Virus record (IMG/VR): IMGVR_UViG_3300025803_000002
Span: 1 to 40,543 of that record
Source of the DNA: a virus
Lineage: Duplodnaviria; Caudoviricetes
Reading direction: 5' to 3' (one strand)
Length of the DNA: 40,543 bases
In this document: in pieces, positions 24,972 to 33,422 of the stretch
Numbering within the stretch: the first letter of the stretch is position 1
Layout of the letters: every line of letters begins with the position of its first letter
Translations under genes and position numbers: made by a program
The notes under the pieces: generated by a model
Told to the model about the DNA's origin: nothing
The model's input: only the letters and a program-made list of their open reading frames with translations
Databases searched by the model: none

Positions 24972-25787
24972 CTAAAACCTCGCCGCTTTTGGGTGGCCTT
25001 TGGGATAGCTGCCGTCTTTCGGCATGTTTGCAAAGGTCCATTTCGGGCCGTCGTCTGGGTTGTGCCGGCCGTTGCCGTAGCCACCATCGTGAACTTTGTC
25101 GAAACTGGCTGGCTTTACGAGAAAATCGAGACTCGCTTTCCAATTGCGATCATTTGCACCAGTGAGAAATGATGATCGTTCAATGTTGGCTAGTGCCTGC
25201 TTCCAGCCATCAAGGCCGTAGTCTTTCAACCGAGCTTGGATTTTCTGGCGGCGCCCTGGCGTGAACTTAGCCGCTTGCGCCAGGCCGCATTGCAGCGCCG
25301 TCTCGTTGTACAATTCGTAGGCTTTCAAAGCGTCGAGGGACTTTTGATCTGAAATAGGATCGACTACCTCTTTCTTTTCTTCTTCTTTAAGTTCTTTACC
25401 TTCTTTAGTGTGGTTAGCTGCTGGTTGGATGCTGGTTAGTTGCTGGTTAGAGATTTCTTCAATGGCCTGATACTCGCTGTATTTACATATGCTTATGATG
25501 GTTAGTTGCTGGTTAGATAATAATTCAATCATTCCTTCGTTTTCGAGCTCACAAAGGAAGGTTCGGACCCGCTGTTCGCCCCATCCCCAAGCCTCTGCAA
25601 GATGCCGCCGACCTCCCGGAAGTTGACCTCGCCCAATCGGCAGCATCTGTTTCTTGTGGCGGAATCTGCGAGGCTTCCAAGCAGCGTTAGAAATCATCCA
25701 AAGCCAGGCTTCGCGGCGGGAAAATTCGTCGCCTGAAAATAGCTCGTGCTCAAACACAGCGCGGTGCGTTTTGGTGTATCCGGTCAT
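24972..25787 (-). CDS. Replication initiator (lambda O / DnaD-like)
   Basis: MTGYTKTHR...AWLWMI...GRGQ...AEAWGW wHTH start, YSEYQ, internal iterons, and C-domain SSFLTGANDRNWKASLDFL. Confidence 0.85.
   Translation of the reverse strand: MTGYTKTHRAVFEHELFSGDEFSRREAWLWMISNAAWKPRRFRHKKQMLPIGRGQLPGGRRHLAEAWGWGEQRVRTFLCELENEGMIELLSNQQLTIISICKYSEYQAIEEISNQQLTSIQPAANHTKEGKELKEEEKKEVVDPISDQKSLDALKAYELYNETALQCGLAQAAKFTPGRRQKIQARLKDYGLDGWKQALANIERSSFLTGANDRNWKASLDFLVKPASFDKVHDGGYGNGRHNPDDGPKWTFANMPKDGSYPKGHPKAARF
25411..25518. repeat. Replication-origin iterons inside the initiator gene
   Basis: Four tandem 11-bp units TGGTTRGNTGC at 25411-25451 and two more at 25499-25518, next to a TCTTT-rich tract. 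Confidence 0.8.
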
Positions 25788-25987
25788 GACGCCACCTCGT
25801 CACAAGCGTAGACGTAGGCTGTGCCGCTAGGGTGCTTGAAGATCGGCCAGCCTTGCCGGCGGCAATCGTCCAAGAATTTATCGGAGCTTTCTGGATGGCC
25901 TGCGTCGGGCATCCAGCGTGAAATATTGTTAACAGTAATGAAGACAATGTTGCCTTCTGACTTGTTTTTGGCGGATTTCGAGTTCAT
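25784..25987 (-). CDS. Hypothetical protein
   Basis: GAGGA RBS and an ATGA overlap with the initiator. Confidence 0.6.
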   Translation of the reverse strand: MNSKSAKNKSEGNIVFITVNNISRWMPDAGHPESSDKFLDDCRRQGWPIFKHPSGTAYVYACDEVAS

Positions 25988-26064
25988 ATTAATCCTCGTC
26001 AGTCGATTGGCAGTCGCTGCAATTCTTTAAAGGCTCTCGGTGCTCGCACGCTGGGAGCCTTTTT

Positions 26065-26298
26065 CTACGCGGCTTCGAGTTGTCTTTTTCGTCGTTGAAA
26101 CTCACGCTGTTTCGCGCGGTTATAAGCGCGGTATTCCGGCGACCTGTAGCGGGACCGGCCCCACTCCCTGGCACGCTCTGGATCGGCATCGCGGCACTTT
26201 ACGGCCCGAACGTATTCCGGCCGGCAATCGACCTGCTCAGCGATTTCCTTGGTTGTCAGCACGCCCACGAGCGCGCGTATTTCGTCAGCCTTGGTCAT
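26065..26298 (-). CDS. Small HTH-like DNA-binding protein (CII position)
   Basis: GAGGAG RBS and TTKEIAEQVDCRPEYVRAV helix-turn-helix pattern with a basic tail. Confidence 0.65.
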   Translation of the reverse strand: MTKADEIRALVGVLTTKEIAEQVDCRPEYVRAVKCRDADPERAREWGRSRYRSPEYRAYNRAKQREFQRRKRQLEAA

Positions 26299-26487
26299 AG
26301 GCTTCTCCTCGGTTTGAATACGCAAATGCACTTGGTAGTTTGACGGGACTGAAATGATTTGCCGTACTGAACGCTGCGGTCGTTATAAAAGGCGTCGTAA
26401 CCCCTGGCCCAGCCCGCATCGGATCATTTCTCTCTACTTAGTCAGACATCCCGTCTTGTCTGGCAGGAGTAGCCGGGCCCCTAACTG

Positions 26488-26760
26488 TTACGCAGACGCG
26501 CATTCCCCTTCGTCGAGGGCGCACGCCCGGAATGACCGCTTGCGGCGCACTCGCTCGTTCATCGCGTGCAGTTGATTGGGCGTTGCGCCAGACAACTCGA
26601 TTAACAGTCCCCAATGCTTTTCAGGCACGCCAATCCGAGACCATTTGTAGACGGTCGATCGGTCGGTGACCTTGTTGCCTGCATCCGCTGATGCCTGGAC
26701 AATCGCGTCTGGTCCGCCGCATCGCTCAATGAGCGCACTTATCTCTTCGCTTCTTAGCAT
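26488..26760 (-). CDS. cro: Cro-like repressor
   Basis: LIERCGG...STVYKWSRIGVPEKHW, divergent from CI. Confidence 0.8.
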   Translation of the reverse strand: MLRSEEISALIERCGGPDAIVQASADAGNKVTDRSTVYKWSRIGVPEKHWGLLIELSGATPNQLHAMNERVRRKRSFRACALDEGECASA

Positions 26761-26772
26761 AAGAACCATAAT

Positions 26773-26811
26773 GCGGATTATAATTACACTTTGCAACGGA
26801 TTTTTTTTCAC
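26773..26811. promoter_or_regulatory. OR-like operator candidates between cro and cI
   Basis: GCGGATTATAATTACAC (26773-26789) shares 12/17 positions with the site at 27584. A weaker ACGGATTTTTTTTCAC follows. Confidence 0.5.
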
Positions 26812-26892
26812 GTCCACAAATATGTAAACATATGCCATCTTGCGGGATTCTTGCTCCGCCAAAAAAACAAGCAAAAAAGTAGGACAGAGGAT

Positions 26893-27522
26893 ATGGAATG
26901 GTGGGAGCGGGTAAACCTGCTGCTTCAGACGCGGAATAAGTCTGGCGCTGACCTTGCACGGCAGGCCGGAATACAGCCAACGACCCTTTACAAATACCTT
27001 GACGGCAAGATCGAAAACCCCCGTGGCGATACGCTTAGCCGTATCGCGCGCGTTCTGAACGTGAGCGAGTTGTACTTGCGCCACGGTCAACCATCTGCGA
27101 CTATTGTCGAGTTAACTCATATTCCAGTATTAAGTATTGCGTCGATGGGAAAGCTTTTGACCGGGGAAAATCCACGAATCGTATGGGACGGAAGCGCTGT
27201 TATAGGTGTGCCCCAAACAGACAATCCTGACCGGATGTTTGGTGTATTGGTGGACACCGAAAGCGGTCTCCCTGACATCGCGCCGGGCGAATTATTGATC
27301 TGTGACTTAGATGCACCAGCGACACCGGGCCGAATCATCATTGCTATCGACACTGTGAGCCAAACGGCTCACATTGGCCGCTACCGCCCCTCTGACGCTT
27401 CGGGCGATACGGCGCGATTTTCCGTCGCGCCAATCAATCAGGATTATCCTGAAGTGCATTTTTCTGAGGATCGTCCGGGCATCGTTTACGCTCGCGCAAT
27501 CAAGCACATACGGCAAATCTAG
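26893..27522 (+). CDS. cI: CI-like repressor (XRE HTH plus S24-like domain)
   Basis: AGAGGA RBS, ADLARQAGIQPTTLYKYLDG HTH, and a C-domain ESGLPDIAPGELLICD...PINQDYP. Confidence 0.88.
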   Translation: MEWWERVNLLLQTRNKSGADLARQAGIQPTTLYKYLDGKIENPRGDTLSRIARVLNVSELYLRHGQPSATIVELTHIPVLSIASMGKLLTGENPRIVWDGSAVIGVPQTDNPDRMFGVLVDTESGLPDIAPGELLICDLDAPATPGRIIIAIDTVSQTAHIGRYRPSDASGDTARFSVAPINQDYPEVHFSEDRPGIVYARAIKHIRQI

Positions 27523-27542
27523 CCGATACCATTCACATCCTA

Positions 27543-27600
27543 GTTGATTTTTTTTCCATTTTTTGATTGACGCCGCGCCCAAAGTAGATTTTAAATCCAC
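27543..27600 (+). promoter_or_regulatory. PL-like promoter with two 17-bp operator candidates
   Basis: TTGACG at 27567 and TTAAAT at 27591. Near-palindrome GTAGATTTTAAATCCAC (27584-27600) and GTTGATTTTTTTTCCAT (27543-27559). Confidence 0.65.
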
Positions 27601-27802
27601 ACATCGAGACCGGCTCAAGACGCGAGACGGTCTAGATTTGAAACCCGCCTGAGTAGCGGGGCGGTTGATCGGGGGCTCAATCGTCTGGCGGGTTTCAAAA
27701 CCCCAGTTTCCTCCCGATCGTCCTCCACAGGGCGACACCTTCGGCACCAGTGGACCTACCCCGGCGAGCTGGTGCCGATCTTTAACAAAGGCGATGTGCG
27801 AG

Positions 27803-28108
27803 ATGTTTGAAACAATCGAAACCCACGACGTTGGCCCGGTCTCGATCGATGTTCGGGTTTGGTACGATCCTGCATACGGGATGAGCGCTGAGCCGCTGTC
27901 GTACAAGTTTGACGGCAAAGCATCGACACCAATGCGTGCCGGCGTCTCCAGCATCCTGGCAGATCAGATGGTCGCCTTAATCGTCGCTGACCACTACTGC
28001 GAGCTGCATCTGAATTACATGCTCACCGATGACCCAGCCTTTTCCGGCTTGGAGTTCGAAAACAATTTCCCGGTTGGTCAGCAAGAATATCAGGACATGC
28101 GGATTTAA
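27803..28108 (+). CDS. Hypothetical protein
   Basis: First ORF of the plus-strand early operon. Start chosen at MFETIE. Confidence 0.6.
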   Translation: MFETIETHDVGPVSIDVRVWYDPAYGMSAEPLSYKFDGKASTPMRAGVSSILADQMVALIVADHYCELHLNYMLTDDPAFSGLEFENNFPVGQQEYQDMRI

Positions 28109-28151
28109 TCACATTGCCAGAAGCGAAACAGATCGTAACAGGAGAAACAGA

Positions 28152-28910
28152 ATGAGCGAAGTTGTTGCACACACTGAACAGCCCGTTGTCCAGTCCGATG
28201 ACAGTTCAACTCTGATCAGCCTGATCCACCGGGCGGCATCTGATCCGAATGTTGACATCAGCAAGATGGAACGTCTTTTCGACATGCACGAAAAGATGGA
28301 AAGCCGAAGGGCAATCGCTGCTTACAACGAAGCAATGGCAAAGGCGCAAGCTGAAATGCCTGCGATCGTTCGCAACAAAGAGAACAAGCAAACCCAATCA
28401 AGATACGCCGATATGTGGGCCATCGCTGATGAAGCTCTCCCCGTGATCCATTCGCATGGATTCGGCTTGTCTTTCTCCGAGGCGATACCGAAGAAGGAAG
28501 GCGCATATATCGGCATCGCCTGCACCGCAACGCACTCAGGCGGCCATTCCAAGGACTATCATTTTGATGTGCCGATTGATGACCGAGGGCTCAAGGGAAC
28601 AGTCAACAAGACCGTGACACACGCCTATGGCTCTACGATGACATACGGGCGCCGATACGCGACGTGCGGCGTGTTTAACATCATCGTGAAGGACGGCGAC
28701 ACGGATGGCAACACACCACAAGACACCATCACCGAGGACCAGGCCAGCAATCTTCTGCGGTTGCTGGAAGATGATACCCAAGACATGCCAGGCTTCTGTG
28801 CGGCCTACCGAATTGACAAAATCGGAGACCTGCCATCCCGCGAGTACGACGGTGCCCTGAAACGGATTGAGAACCGCAACAGGGCGCTGGCGGAGCAAGC
28901 CAATGATTGA
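28152..28910 (+). CDS. erf: ERF-family single-strand annealing protein
   Basis: AGGAG RBS, SRYAD, HSGGHS and signature GSTMTYGRRY...DTDG. Confidence 0.9.
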   Translation: MSEVVAHTEQPVVQSDDSSTLISLIHRAASDPNVDISKMERLFDMHEKMESRRAIAAYNEAMAKAQAEMPAIVRNKENKQTQSRYADMWAIADEALPVIHSHGFGLSFSEAIPKKEGAYIGIACTATHSGGHSKDYHFDVPIDDRGLKGTVNKTVTHAYGSTMTYGRRYATCGVFNIIVKDGDTDGNTPQDTITEDQASNLLRLLEDDTQDMPGFCAAYRIDKIGDLPSREYDGALKRIENRNRALAEQAND

Positions 28911-29535
28911 GCAGGGAACGCCTGAATGGCACGCTTTGCGCTGTGGCAAGGTTACGGCCAGTCGCGTTGCGGACATCATGCGGAGCGGCAAGGGCAATGC
29001 GCCTTCTGCATCTCGTGCCCGGTATATGGGCGAGTTGGCAGCAGAGCGACTGACCGGCGTTGCGCAAAAGACGTTCAAATCTGCCGACATGCAATGGGGC
29101 AATGACACCGAAGACCAAGCCCGAAGTGTCTTTGCTTTCGAGCGCGGCCTGAACGTTGAAACGATTGCATTCGTTGAGCACAGCACCATTGAGATGAGCG
29201 GCGCGTCACCAGATGGGATCATCGGCGATGATGGCCTAGTCGAGTTTAAATGCCCGGCAAGCCACACGCACATATCAACCCTGCTATCCGACAAGATCAA
29301 TCCCGACTATGTGCGCCAGATGCAATGGCAGATGGCCTGCACCGGCCGGCAGTGGTGTGACTTCGCCTCATATGATCCGCGTATGCCAGCAGAGATGAGT
29401 CTTTATGTGACGCGCTTCTATCGAGACGACGCAGCAATTGCAGCGATGGAAGAAGCCGTTACCGATTTTATAATCGAGCTTGGTGACATGGTTCGTGATC
29501 TTCGCCGCAAGTACCAGATGGAGGCCGCAGCATGA
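28903..29535 (+). CDS. YqaJ / lambda-exonuclease family nuclease
   Basis: QGTPEWHALRCGKVTAS, GASPDG, EFKCP and QMQWQM. Confidence 0.93.
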   Translation: MIEQGTPEWHALRCGKVTASRVADIMRSGKGNAPSASRARYMGELAAERLTGVAQKTFKSADMQWGNDTEDQARSVFAFERGLNVETIAFVEHSTIEMSGASPDGIIGDDGLVEFKCPASHTHISTLLSDKINPDYVRQMQWQMACTGRQWCDFASYDPRMPAEMSLYVTRFYRDDAAIAAMEEAVTDFIIELGDMVRDLRRKYQMEAAA

Positions 29536-30011
29536 TCATCTGCCCTGCTTGCTCCCATGAGCATCACCCAAAAACCAAGACACGCAGCACACCGCAACAT
29601 CGCCGCTTCTTCGGAATGATCAAAGCTGCACATCAAAATTGGCCGGAGCGTTACGAGTTCCAACCACGAGACGTTGCAGAGCTTCGCAAATGGCTGACGG
29701 CCAAGGCCGGATTCGTACACCGAACCGTGATCGAGCCGCCACCTGAGATCATTGCCGCGAACCCGGCAGCCAAGAAACTGGCAATGCTTTGGATGGAGCA
29801 ATCAGTTACAGCGGCATCACGCGGGCATGAGCATTGCTGGATACGCCGGCACGGCGAAAACATCGTCGTATTCGTTCCGAAATCTATCAGCTTTCACGAA
29901 ATGGGTCAGCAAGTGTTTGGCCTATTGAATGACGAAGTTTCGAACGTGATTGAATCGATCGTCGGGTTATCTGGTGATGAGTTGTTAGAGCGTCAAAGCG
30001 AGGTAGCGTAA
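29532..30011 (+). CDS. NinB/DUF1367-like recombination accessory protein
   Basis: RSTPQHRRFF, LRKWL and PKSISFHEM motifs. Confidence 0.65.
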   Translation: MIICPACSHEHHPKTKTRSTPQHRRFFGMIKAAHQNWPERYEFQPRDVAELRKWLTAKAGFVHRTVIEPPPEIIAANPAAKKLAMLWMEQSVTAASRGHEHCWIRRHGENIVVFVPKSISFHEMGQQVFGLLNDEVSNVIESIVGLSGDELLERQSEVA

Positions 30012-30253
30012 TGGTCTGGCGAAGCATGGATTCTTGTCCGAAGAAAAAACCCTTTGGCGTCGTCACGCAGGCGGGTCAAAGCTATATCGTTGATGTCAAT
30101 GAGCGCGGCAAATTCTGTTATCGCGGCCCTTGGAAGACTGAGCACGGCAAGTATAAGGCGCGAAACGATCCGCCGATATTCTGGTGGTATGGACCGCTAC
30201 CAATTTTGCCCGCTGATGTCGATCGCATATTTGCGAGGATACGTCATGCCTGA
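30011..30253 (+). CDS. Hypothetical protein
   Basis: TAATG-coupled start and a WRSMDSCPK N-terminus common in phage small proteins. Confidence 0.6.
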   Translation: MVWRSMDSCPKKKPFGVVTQAGQSYIVDVNERGKFCYRGPWKTEHGKYKARNDPPIFWWYGPLPILPADVDRIFARIRHA

Positions 30254-30373
30254 TCAACCTCTAAATGTAACCAGCGTGCTCGATGCAATGCACTACCTGG
30301 CTCCACTCCCGGAAATGAATCCGGTCATGCTAGTCGAATGTATGCGAACCAATGGCTATGCTCGGAACGGATT

Positions 30374-30715
30374 ATGAGCCGCTTGGAATTTAGCGTCAAA
30401 ACAAAACAAGCGGCTTATGCCCGAAGCGGCGGACGATGCGAAAATGACGAATGCGGTTTGCTATTTGATGCGAGTAACCCGGCAGAATATGACCATGTTA
30501 TTGAAGACTACTATGACGGCGGCAACTCGCTGGATAACTGCAAGGTTATTTGCAGGAGCTGCCACAAGGCCAAATCCCGAAGCCGCGCTTCCGTCATCGC
30601 CAAATCAAGACGGATTATCAAAAAAGCCGCCAACATCCGACCAAAGAAGCGCGGATTCCAAAAGCCAGACGGCTATAAATACAACTGGCAGCGCGGGCGG
30701 TATGAAAGAGCATGA
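30374..30715 (+). CDS. HNH endonuclease
   Basis: RCENDECG...EYDHV...GGNSLDNCKVICRSCHKAK. Confidence 0.88.
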   Translation: MSRLEFSVKTKQAAYARSGGRCENDECGLLFDASNPAEYDHVIEDYYDGGNSLDNCKVICRSCHKAKSRSRASVIAKSRRIIKKAANIRPKKRGFQKPDGYKYNWQRGRYERA

Positions 30716-30813
30716 ACCGTGCGCACTGCGGAAACCCAATTGAAGGCAACCCGCACCACAAAGATGGCGAGCAGTTTTGCTCAACTGACTGCTTGATTGA
30801 AGGCGGAATTTGA
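30702..30813 (+). pseudogene. Probable frameshifted small Cys finger (TRASH-like)
   Basis: MKEHEPC in one frame and HCGNPIEG...FCSTDC in another. Restoring 2 nt gives CAHC...FCSTDC. Confidence 0.4.
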
Positions 30814-30880
30814 AACACCCCCCCGCACGGGGAGGCGACTTCCTGACCCCCAACGATTGCAGGAAGGTTGGGAGGAACGC

Positions 30881-31258
30881 ATGACATTACCCCCGCTTCA
30901 CACCCTACGCGAAGCTCAAAAGCTCACACGCATTGGCATCGGCACGTTGCGCACAGCTATTGAGCGCGGTCAGTTGAGTTGCAGGCGCATTGGTGGTCGA
31001 GTGTTCGTTACGGATTCGGATCTGCAGGAGATGATTGACCGATGCCGGCACGAAGCAAGGGACCAAGGCTTTACCTCAGACGACGCAAAGGACGCGAATC
31101 AGTCTGGGTCATCAGAGACGGAACCACAGAGGAAAGCACAGGTTGCGGCCCTGGCGACAATCAAGCAGCTCAGGAAGCGCTCGCCGACTACATCGCGAGA
31201 AAATACCAGCCAATCAAGCGAGAAAGCAAGCTCGCCCGAATCCCGGTTGCAGACGTAA
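30881..31258 (+). CDS. xis: Excisionase-like HTH protein
   Basis: GGAGGA RBS and TLREAQKLTRIGIGTLRTAIERGQLSCRRIGGRVFV. Overlaps int. Confidence 0.8.
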   Translation: MTLPPLHTLREAQKLTRIGIGTLRTAIERGQLSCRRIGGRVFVTDSDLQEMIDRCRHEARDQGFTSDDAKDANQSGSSETEPQRKAQVAALATIKQLRKRSPTTSRENTSQSSEKASSPESRLQT

Positions 31259-32091
31259 TAAGCATCTATCTGACAGAGCACGCACCGCACACCAAAAGCT
31301 GCGAATGGCTTCTCTACACGGGCGAGCAAATAGTGATCTGGTGGGGCGACAAGACGCTTGCCGACGTCAGAGGGCAGACGTGCCGGGCCTATGCCGAGTG
31401 GAGATGCGCGCGGGGCGTATCTGGACAAACGGCCCGGCACGATCTGACAACACTGAGAGCCGCCCTGATGTACTATCACCGGGAGTATGGGCCACTTGAT
31501 GCCGTTCCAGCGGTGACGCTGCCGCGCAAGTCAGATCCCCGATCGAGGTGGCTCACCCGATCGGAAGCGGCTAGGCTGCTATGGGCTGCGCGCAAACAAG
31601 AACACTTGAAGCGCTTCATCCTGATCGGGCTCTATTCCGGCACGCGGTCAGAGGCGATCCGGTTACTGCGCTGGATACCGTCGCTTGACGCCGGTTGGGT
31701 AGACTTAGACAGAGGCGTCCTGCATCGGCGTGGCGCCGGGGAACAGGACACCAGCAAGCGCAGACCGCCTGCCAAGATACACCGCCGCCTACGCCCTTTC
31801 CTGGCCCGCTGGCAGGCATCCGACCTATCCCAAGGCATTGCCCACGTCTGCCACTACAAAGCCGGCAGGATCACCAAACTACGCCGCTCATGGCGTACAG
31901 CGTGCAATGCGGCTGGATTGGGGGCAGATGTCACGCCGCACGTTCTGAGACACACCTGCGTGACCTGGTTACTCCAGGCCGGTGTTCCTACCTGGGAAGT
32001 CGCCGGGTTTGTCGGGATGTCAGAAGAGACGGTGCGGCGGGTGTATGGGCACCATTCACCCGATTATCAGGAAGGGGCGGCGAACAGCTAA
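31042..32091 (+). CDS. int: Tyrosine integrase
   Basis: GTRSEAI (Arg), HVLRHT (HxxR) and VYGHH (Tyr). Adjacent to a tRNA-derived att core. Confidence 0.95.
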   Translation: MPARSKGPRLYLRRRKGRESVWVIRDGTTEESTGCGPGDNQAAQEALADYIARKYQPIKRESKLARIPVADVISIYLTEHAPHTKSCEWLLYTGEQIVIWWGDKTLADVRGQTCRAYAEWRCARGVSGQTARHDLTTLRAALMYYHREYGPLDAVPAVTLPRKSDPRSRWLTRSEAARLLWAARKQEHLKRFILIGLYSGTRSEAIRLLRWIPSLDAGWVDLDRGVLHRRGAGEQDTSKRRPPAKIHRRLRPFLARWQASDLSQGIAHVCHYKAGRITKLRRSWRTACNAAGLGADVTPHVLRHTCVTWLLQAGVPTWEVAGFVGMSEETVRRVYGHHSPDYQEGAANS

Positions 32092-32099
32092 TGCCCATT

Positions 32100-32316
32100 C
32101 TGGGGCCGAAGCTGGGGCCAACGCCAAAAACGGCGCTTCTGAAATCGAGAAAAGTTCCGATTTTTAAATGGTCGGGGCAGGATGATTCGAACACCCGACC
32201 CCCTGGTCCCAAACCAGCATGACTGCTTGATAATTGGCTTGTTTTGAGGGCATTCGGTTGGATTTGTGCCCCGTTATGCCGATGCGCTTTCGGTGATGCT
32301 GGGGCGAACCTGGGGC
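32100..32316. repeat. Candidate integrase arm-type sites flanking the att core
   Basis: CTGGGGC pairs at 32100 and 32112, and at 32299 and 32310. Confidence 0.6.
32169..32217 (-). other. attP: attP core: 3' half of tRNA-Pro(TGG)
   Basis: Minus strand CTGG-TTTGGGA-CCAG anticodon arm, GGGTG-TTCGAAT-CATCC T arm and TGCCCCG-A-CCA end. No 5' half or D arm is present. Confidence 0.9.
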
Positions 32317-32361
32317 AATTGTGGGTAGGTGTCGGCACCTATGTCACCCACAGATTTCGCC

Positions 32362-32475
32362 CTACTGTTTTTCTTTAAGCCGTCGTGCGGCTTCCAGCAC
32401 GCACTTATCAAATGGCGTGCCACGGGCACCCTGCATCCATGATTCAAGTTGGTCGGCAAGTTCTTGATTCGACAT
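32362..32475 (-). CDS. Small hypothetical protein
   Basis: MSNQELADQLESW... with an AGGA RBS. Confidence 0.45.
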   Translation of the reverse strand: MSNQELADQLESWMQGARGTPFDKCVLEAARRLKEKQ

Positions 32476-32586
32476 GTGCTCATTCCTATTTTGCGTGCGA
32501 TGTCTTCCCGATATCCCTCTGAGCCGACCAAAGCGACAAAATCTTGGTGATTTGGTTGATCCGCTCAAGGTTGGCTAGGCTCCCTC

Positions 32587-32784
32587 CTAACGTTCAGTCG
32601 CTGGTTTCAGGTTCGCGATGGCAGACAACAGGTCGTCGCCCTCGCCGATCATGATGATCTTATCCGTCTCGGGCTCGACAACAGCCGCGCCATAAAGCGG
32701 CTCGCCCGACCGGACCTTGCCCTTTGCCAGTTGCCAATATTTGCCATTCGCGGCTTTCTCGATTGCTTCAATTGCGCTGTTCAA
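32587..32784 (-). CDS. Hypothetical protein
   Basis: AGGAG RBS, TTG start, and WQLAKGKVRSGEPLYGA. Confidence 0.6.
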   Translation of the reverse strand: MNSAIEAIEKAANGKYWQLAKGKVRSGEPLYGAAVVEPETDKIIMIGEGDDLLSAIANLKPATER

Positions 32785-32803
32785 AGTCTTCTCCTATTTC
32801 CCT

Positions 32804-33319
32804 TTAGCGCTTCCGTGGCCGTCCGCGCTTGTCCGGCCTTGGGTGCTCCGCGTTAAACCAATTGCGGAGCGTCGAGTAGGGGCGCCCCGTGTATTCTTCC
32901 AACTGCGCAACACTCAATTCGTGGTCGAGCCAATATTTCTTGGCTTCGTCGCGTTCTTCGTCTGGCACTCGGTTGTGCCCGCCGCGCTTTGCGGCGTCTT
33001 CTGGGGCGAGCACGCGCTTGCTCGATGACATGCCCGCGATAAGTATTTCCGCGTGTTCTGGCCCGACTAACAGGCCGTCCGCCGTTGCTATTAGTGCGCC
33101 CCGTTCAAAGATACGGCGCACGATCTCGACGCGCTGATCAGTTCGACGCGCGAATGTCTTTATATCATCAATCGCGACCGTCCGACCCTTCCGGCACCAC
33201 GCGATAAGCTTTTCCACATCACCCACAACGGTTTCGTCCGCGCCCATGTGATCGGTCGTGCGTCGTTGTCGGGCTTCGCTGTTTCTCTGTGTCGGCATGA
33301 TCAGTCGAATAATACGCAT
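32804..33319 (-). CDS. Serine-resolvase-like protein with a C-terminal HTH, apparently catalytically dead
   Basis: CRKGRTVAIDDIKTFARR...IFERGA follows the resolvase LRxGDxLVVxxLDRLxR pattern, and SVAQLEEYTGRPYSTLRNWF is an HTH. No YxRVS motif. Start is 33319 or 33298. Confidence 0.65.
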   Translation of the reverse strand: MRIIRLIMPTQRNSEARQRRTTDHMGADETVVGDVEKLIAWCRKGRTVAIDDIKTFARRTDQRVEIVRRIFERGALIATADGLLVGPEHAEILIAGMSSSKRVLAPEDAAKRGGHNRVPDEERDEAKKYWLDHELSVAQLEEYTGRPYSTLRNWFNAEHPRPDKRGRPRKR

Positions 33320-33337
33320 GCACGCTGTTAAACGCAA

Positions 33338-33353
33338 GCTAAAATATTTTAGC
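33338..33353. promoter_or_regulatory. Perfect 16-bp palindrome between divergent promoters
   Basis: GCTAAAATATTTTAGC, flanked by minus-strand TTGCGT-17-TATTAT and plus-strand TTGCAT-17-TTATAT (33372-33400). Confidence 0.7.
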
Positions 33354-33422
33354 AATTCATGCATTTTTTGCTTGCATGTTTTATTGTGACCTGCTTATAT
33401 GATCTCAACAACGGAGAGACGA

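Noticed and set aside
24372-25172. Long plus-strand ORFs antisense to real genes (also 28536..29300, 27307..27954, 37860..38501)
   Set aside because: These are shadow frames of well-supported genes, with no RBS or recognisable motifs.
25411-25518. CRISPR-like array
   Set aside because: These are 11-bp tandem units with no spacers, inside a coding sequence, and they fit iterons.
26761-27090. Extended N-termini of Cro (27090) and CI (26791) from the track
   Set aside because: They would overlap each other and the operator region. Better starts lie at 26760 and 26893.
31042-31258. xis/int overlap as a novel dual-coding system
   Set aside because: The overlapped Xis tail is low-complexity, and this arrangement is common in such integration modules.
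32169-32217. Functional phage tRNA gene
   Set aside because: Only the anticodon arm to CCA is present. The 5' acceptor strand and D arm are missing.
32804-33319. Active invertase driving tail-fibre switching
   Set aside because: The catalytic serine motif is absent, and I saw no inverted repeats around the tail genes.
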